A stretch of 64,000 nt of DNA from Octopus vulgaris (taxonomy: Eukaryota), in the NCBI GenBank assembly GCA_951406725.2, contig OX597832.1, positions 7,192,001-7,256,000 on the forward strand. The letters are read 5' to 3'. The notes below the pieces were generated by a model. It did not search any database. It saw only the letters and a program-made list of their open reading frames with translations, and was not told the origin of the DNA. Below are positions 63,201 to 64,000 of the stretch, piece by piece (position 1 is the first letter of the stretch; every line of letters begins with the position of its first letter). The position numbers and the translations under genes are program-made.

Positions 63201-64000
63201 TGTATAGATGCGAGAGTGTTGTTCATGTAGTGTGTCCTGCCTTTCAAAGGATTCAAAGGAATGGCATGGCTGTTACAATTTGGCATCAATATCATATAGA
63301 ACGAAGTTGTAGACAATGTCAAACTATCTAAGGAACTCTGACTTCTGATTTTTTTTGTAGGGTTTACTCCTGAAGCCTTTTCCATGGCTGGGTTTGGTCA
63401 CAAGGTAGTGGAGGTTTGGAATCAGAGTTTTCCTTCTAGATGGGTTGTCCCACCAGGCTAACAAGCTCCTTCTACCCAACTGACTTGGTTATTAATTTAT
63501 ACCTGGGAACCTGATAGGTGCTACTATTTCAGGTCAGAGTATGCCTAGGAACAATAGTACATTAATTTCTAAGGAGGCAAAATTCCTGAATGGGATGGAG
63601 CTTAATTAGATAAATGTAAAATGCCTACTGGGATAAGGATTAGTTCAATATTGTTGACTATAGTTGAAGTTGTTGTTGTTGAACTTGTTGCTGCAGCATT
63701 TCCACTATCCAATGGCTGAATCTTGTCCAGATGGTGGATGGGAGATTTGATTCAACATTTTGTGACATTTGTTCCATGACTTTGAGATCTCAGTTTTAAT
63801 TCTTGGATGTAGTCTTTGGTGCTTTTAGTGGGGTTCAGGGTTCCTGTTTGAGGATAACTTTCTCCCTTCCTCCCACCAGTCCTGAAAAAAGAAAAATAAA
63901 GATCATGGTTGCTGTCCTTCCCTTCGCCAACTAAATGGTAAAAGAAATAAAATGAGAATTCGTCTATAAATTTTTGTACAGTTTAATCAGTTTGAAATTT

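Noticed and set aside
63600-63881. Strong minus-strand splice acceptor at 63882-63883
   Set aside because: All three frames stop within about 130 nt and no homology is recognisable. It could be a terminal or non-coding exon but cannot be supported here.

Overview
AT-rich, repeat-dense eukaryotic genomic DNA. The SINE, RTE, Penelope and microsatellite content points to an octopus or other cephalopod genome (inference). Two host genes are recognisable, both on the + strand. (1) Selenoprotein T: three coding exons (5519-5756, 6851-6938, 12309-12415), an in-frame TGA (Sec) at 5526-5528 in a C-Y-S-U motif, an intron starting 13 nt after the stop codon, and a well-formed type II SECIS (17146-17210) in a putative separate non-coding last exon. 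(2) The first coding exon of NUS1/Nogo-B receptor (35650-36070). The rest is mostly mobile DNA: two full-length but dead mariners, a pogo element, RTE, CR1, Tx1 and RLE-type LINE fragments, a Penelope-like element, a non-autonomous Helitron, hAT and piggyBac-like MITEs, an LTR fragment, dozens of tRNA-derived SINEs and a 5S-derived relic. Less obvious structure includes at least three hammerhead-ribozyme motifs, two different GGG...CCC MITEs sharing 6-bp target duplications, four tandem LTR-end+tRNA-Trp primer-site units and a 168-bp spacerless palindrome. Most repeat boundaries are approximate, and family names come from motif recognition, not database searches.
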